This document shows positions 60,861 to 64,000 of a DNA stretch of 64,000 nt, in pieces; position 1 is the first letter of the stretch, and every line of letters begins with the position of its first letter. The stretch is from Psilocybe cubensis (lineage: Eukaryota). The translations under genes were made by a program, and so were the position numbers. The notes under the pieces are model-generated. The model saw only the letters and a program-made list of their open reading frames with translations. It ran no database searches and was not told where the DNA came from. The stretch lies in contig CM039005.1 in the NCBI GenBank assembly GCA_017499595.2, forward strand, positions 372,001 through 436,000, written 5' to 3'.

Positions 60861-62272
60861 CTAGGAATAAAACGAGGAAATGCTGTAAGTCGTCAAAATG
60901 GAGATAAGAGCCTCCGCAGTGCTGAATCCGCTGAATTTCTCTCTAACCAACTTTCCCATCGCCTCTGCACAGCGAACTTTATAGGAAGTGCTCCTTCTAT
61001 CTTCGTGGTCGCTTGTATTTCCTTCCGCCATTGAATCATCGCTCGGCAAATAATCCATGTGCAACGATAACACGGATTTCCTTGCTAGACATCTTCGAAT
61101 TTGCTCGGAGAATCTGTCCCAGTCCGCCTCTAATATGGCTTCCGGCTCCTGGTTTACCCAGTAGCCCACATGGACTGTGAAGCGAAAGTCGTGGAGCTGG
61201 TTTGGATTGGGTATGTTCGATAGGATGCGACAAATGTTATCCAGATCGTCCATGTCATCTTCAAGTAACACACTCCGGCCAAAGTTGACGTCCAGCTCGA
61301 GCACGCGTAAATGCGAACAACCACGCAAGTTAACAAATCTGTCGGCGGTGTAATTTACTTACCAGAAGGTAATAGAAAAAAATCGCACACAAATCAGCAT
61401 CGGTAGATCTATCATGTTGAGATGAGACAACGTATGCACTCACTTTCATGGCACTCCAGATCGGTGATATGAAGTTCTCGCAAAGTGTTACCGGTTGCAT
61501 CAATAATCCTTTGCTCGAAGCTCAGGTTGTTGAATGCCTCTATACCGATAGTTAGGATTGTGAGTTGCGAAATATCGAGGCATGGTCTGGTTCCGTTCCA
61601 ACCCAGTAACATCGTGAGGGCATTAGGCGAATGATTATATGTCAAGCGGCGCAGTTTCACCGGACGGGAAAGTATCTCGACTTCCGGTGAAGCCAGAAAG
61701 CTTGTGTCAACTCCCGTCCACGATAACACGAGATGGGTAAGATTAACGCAGCTGGAAACTACTTCCACTGGGATGCTCGACAGTCCATATATTTGAAGAG
61801 ACGTGATTTTTGGCCCAATGAACGGTTTGATGAATTTCTGGACCATTGCGCGACCATCCTCAATATTTTGAATCACATGCCTGGTCCTGAGAGACAGTGT
61901 CCGTAACGCTGATCTCGGGAGCGCTAGCGCATTCATGATTCTCATGAAGCGCTGATCCTCCCACAACCATTTGTAGTCATTGTGGGTCAGCAGTAACTCG
62001 AGGTCTTCAACATAACCCGCGATGATACCACTGTCCATGATCAATCTGTAAAACGAGTCTACACGGTGAACGTCAATGGTAACATGAGAATATAAAAGTT
62101 TCTGCGAGCGAGCACGAAATGAACGACAGATTAACGAAGAGCTAAAGAGGGCGCTATTGTGGCTTGGGCTTGAGTTTAAGCTTGCCAAGTTCACTTCGCT
62201 GGGCTCGACCAGGGCGTCGATGATCCTGTCGATAAGCTCTTGCGATAGTTTCGAGATGGGGGAAGGAGCCAT
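60861..62272 (-). CDS. F-box/LRR-like hypothetical protein
   Basis: LSQELIDRIIDAL..SSLICRSFRARSQKLLYSHV followed by LxxLxL repeats (LRTLSL, LTHLVL, LRRLTY, LRELHI, LRVLEL). Confidence 0.75.
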
Positions 62273-62946
62273 GGTGTGAAATCGATTAATCTTTCCAAAT
62301 TCCGGCTGACTGCTCCACCTCCCAGGATTACTGTGCATCCGAATAGCAAATCCGTTTTATGCACAGAGTCTAGACCTCTTGAATTAGAACGACAAACAAA
62401 TGCTGTGTCACAAAGGAGGAGTAAAATTTGGACACATTCCAAAGCTAGCCGCCTCAGTAGTTAGCTTTGAGTGAAAACGACCGTGGCATGTGTCAGGTCC
62501 ATGTCTGCCGACTTCCAGCCAAAGGGAACAATCGATCAATCAAACCGAATCTGTAAACTTCAATTCTTCATGAGCGCCTACCCTGTGCACCAAGAGTATA
62601 TAAATGTAATCTTATTGTCCAATCACATTGCAAGAAAATATTGTTTTGGTCCATTCATTGCTACAATTTCTAAACGCGAAGACAAATCAGGTTGACTATA
62701 GGATGACTAGCTGGCACTTAGCCACGCACCACGCATCACAAAAATGGACCCGCTTCACTCGTTTGCACGGATGGTGTTCACATACATAATCAGAAACACA
62801 ACGATAAAAAATCCAAAAGGCAGACAGACAAGATGGAAAGGAATCGAAGAGTCTGTCATCAACATTACAAGAAAATCAAAGTTCAAACGCTCAGATTGAA
62901 TAATTCGAAAAAGCATAATTTCAGAGTAATGGAAATATTTGAAAAA

Positions 62947-64000
62947 TTACATTCCATCGGACTGCATGGGGGCGATTTGACCACCCTTAGCGGCAGATGG
63001 AGTGAAGGTATGCCAACGATCATTGAAACGGACGTCTGTGTAAGGGTAAGAAAAGCATGGATGAACGTCGTCAATATAGTGCCACAAACAATCAACACTT
63101 TTAGCAACATACCCAGTGGGCGGCCGCCATACATATATTGTTGGAATTTAGCTACAGAGGGAAGATATGATGAGGAGACATTGCTAAACAGTTAACAGGT
63201 GACTTACCGATAGCCGTTTCAGCCTCCGCTGTTTGTGCGAACTGGACGACACCACAGCCTTTGGAACGAGTGCCGTCAAATAAGATTTCAGCCAGCTCGA
63301 CCTGACCAGTGGTTTCGAACAACTCGACCAAGTCCTCATTTGCAGTAGACCAGGGCAACTGATTATCAAAAACCTTTTTTCAGAAACCAATTTCCGCAAA
63401 TGGTGGAGTAGAATGACTTACGTTGCGAACCATGATCTGCTGACTTGGGTCGCCTTCACTGAAATTACCCGCGCCGCCATAGCCGGATCCTCCACCATAG
63501 CTGTTCATGCGCAATCCCCCGCTGCCACCTGAAGCACCCTGCTGATCAGGGCCAGGATAGTCGGCATACAGATCCTGATCAGAGAAATCGCGGCCACCAC
63601 CTGCCTGTGAAAATCCACCGCGGAATCCTCCTCGCAATCCACCACCGCGCAGTCCGCGTCCGAGGCCACGAGGCCCACCGCGCAAGCCGCCTCGGAAACC
63701 GGAGCCAGAAAGACCAGCATATCGGTCCTGTCAAAAGATTGTCAAAATTGGGTAAAATTGCGTGATAAGACAGGACGTGACATACTTCTCTGACTTCAAG
63801 TGTGCGACCGTACCAGTCGAAGCCGTGATACATACCTGCCGAGAAAATAAGTCAAACGGATACGGTGTCGCCAAAGGACCTACTGATAGCTTGTTGAGCA
63901 TCTTTTGGTGTTTCGAACACCACGGTACCAGATCCTTTGGGCCTTCCGTCTGCGCCAATGTTAATATCAGCGCGGATGATGTTACCAGCAGACCGGAAAA
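62947..64000 (-). CDS. RRM RNA-binding protein, Gbp2/Hrb1-like (3' part; runs off the window)
   Basis: RADINIGADGRPKGSGTVVF; RGG-rich linker; IMVRN|LPWSTANEDLVELFETTGQV; SKGCGVVQF; YGGRPL|DVRFNDRWH. Confidence 0.85.

Overview
Intron-rich fungal genomic DNA. Short GT-AG introns and the gene families point to an agaricomycete/mushroom-type basidiomycete (inference). Host genes: a cytochrome P450, a large Ser/Pro-rich protein, cohesin SMC1, protein-L-isoaspartate O-methyltransferase, trehalose-6-phosphate phosphatase (TPS2-like), an NAD(P)-binding protein, an MFSD5-like transporter, a partial Gbp2/Hrb1-like RRM protein, and five F-box-like genes (three paralogues of one family, one LRR-type, one frameshifted remnant). 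There are two mobile elements. (1) An intact tyrosine-recombinase retrotransposon (gag with an intron, RT/RNase H, YR; Ngaro-like) sits inside perfect 92-bp inverted repeats with AAA on both flanks (2335-8253). (2) A ~15.25-kb Kyakuja-Dileera-Zisupton (KDZ) DNA transposon (42819-58069) has degenerate TIRs, a 7-8 bp target-site duplication, a CxC2-KDZ transposase broken by an in-frame TGA, and about five cargo genes. Hand-splicing also reveals a five-exon secreted 6-Cys knottin-like peptide gene (1056-1487) that the ORF track misses. All family calls come from motif recognition by eye; no searches were run.
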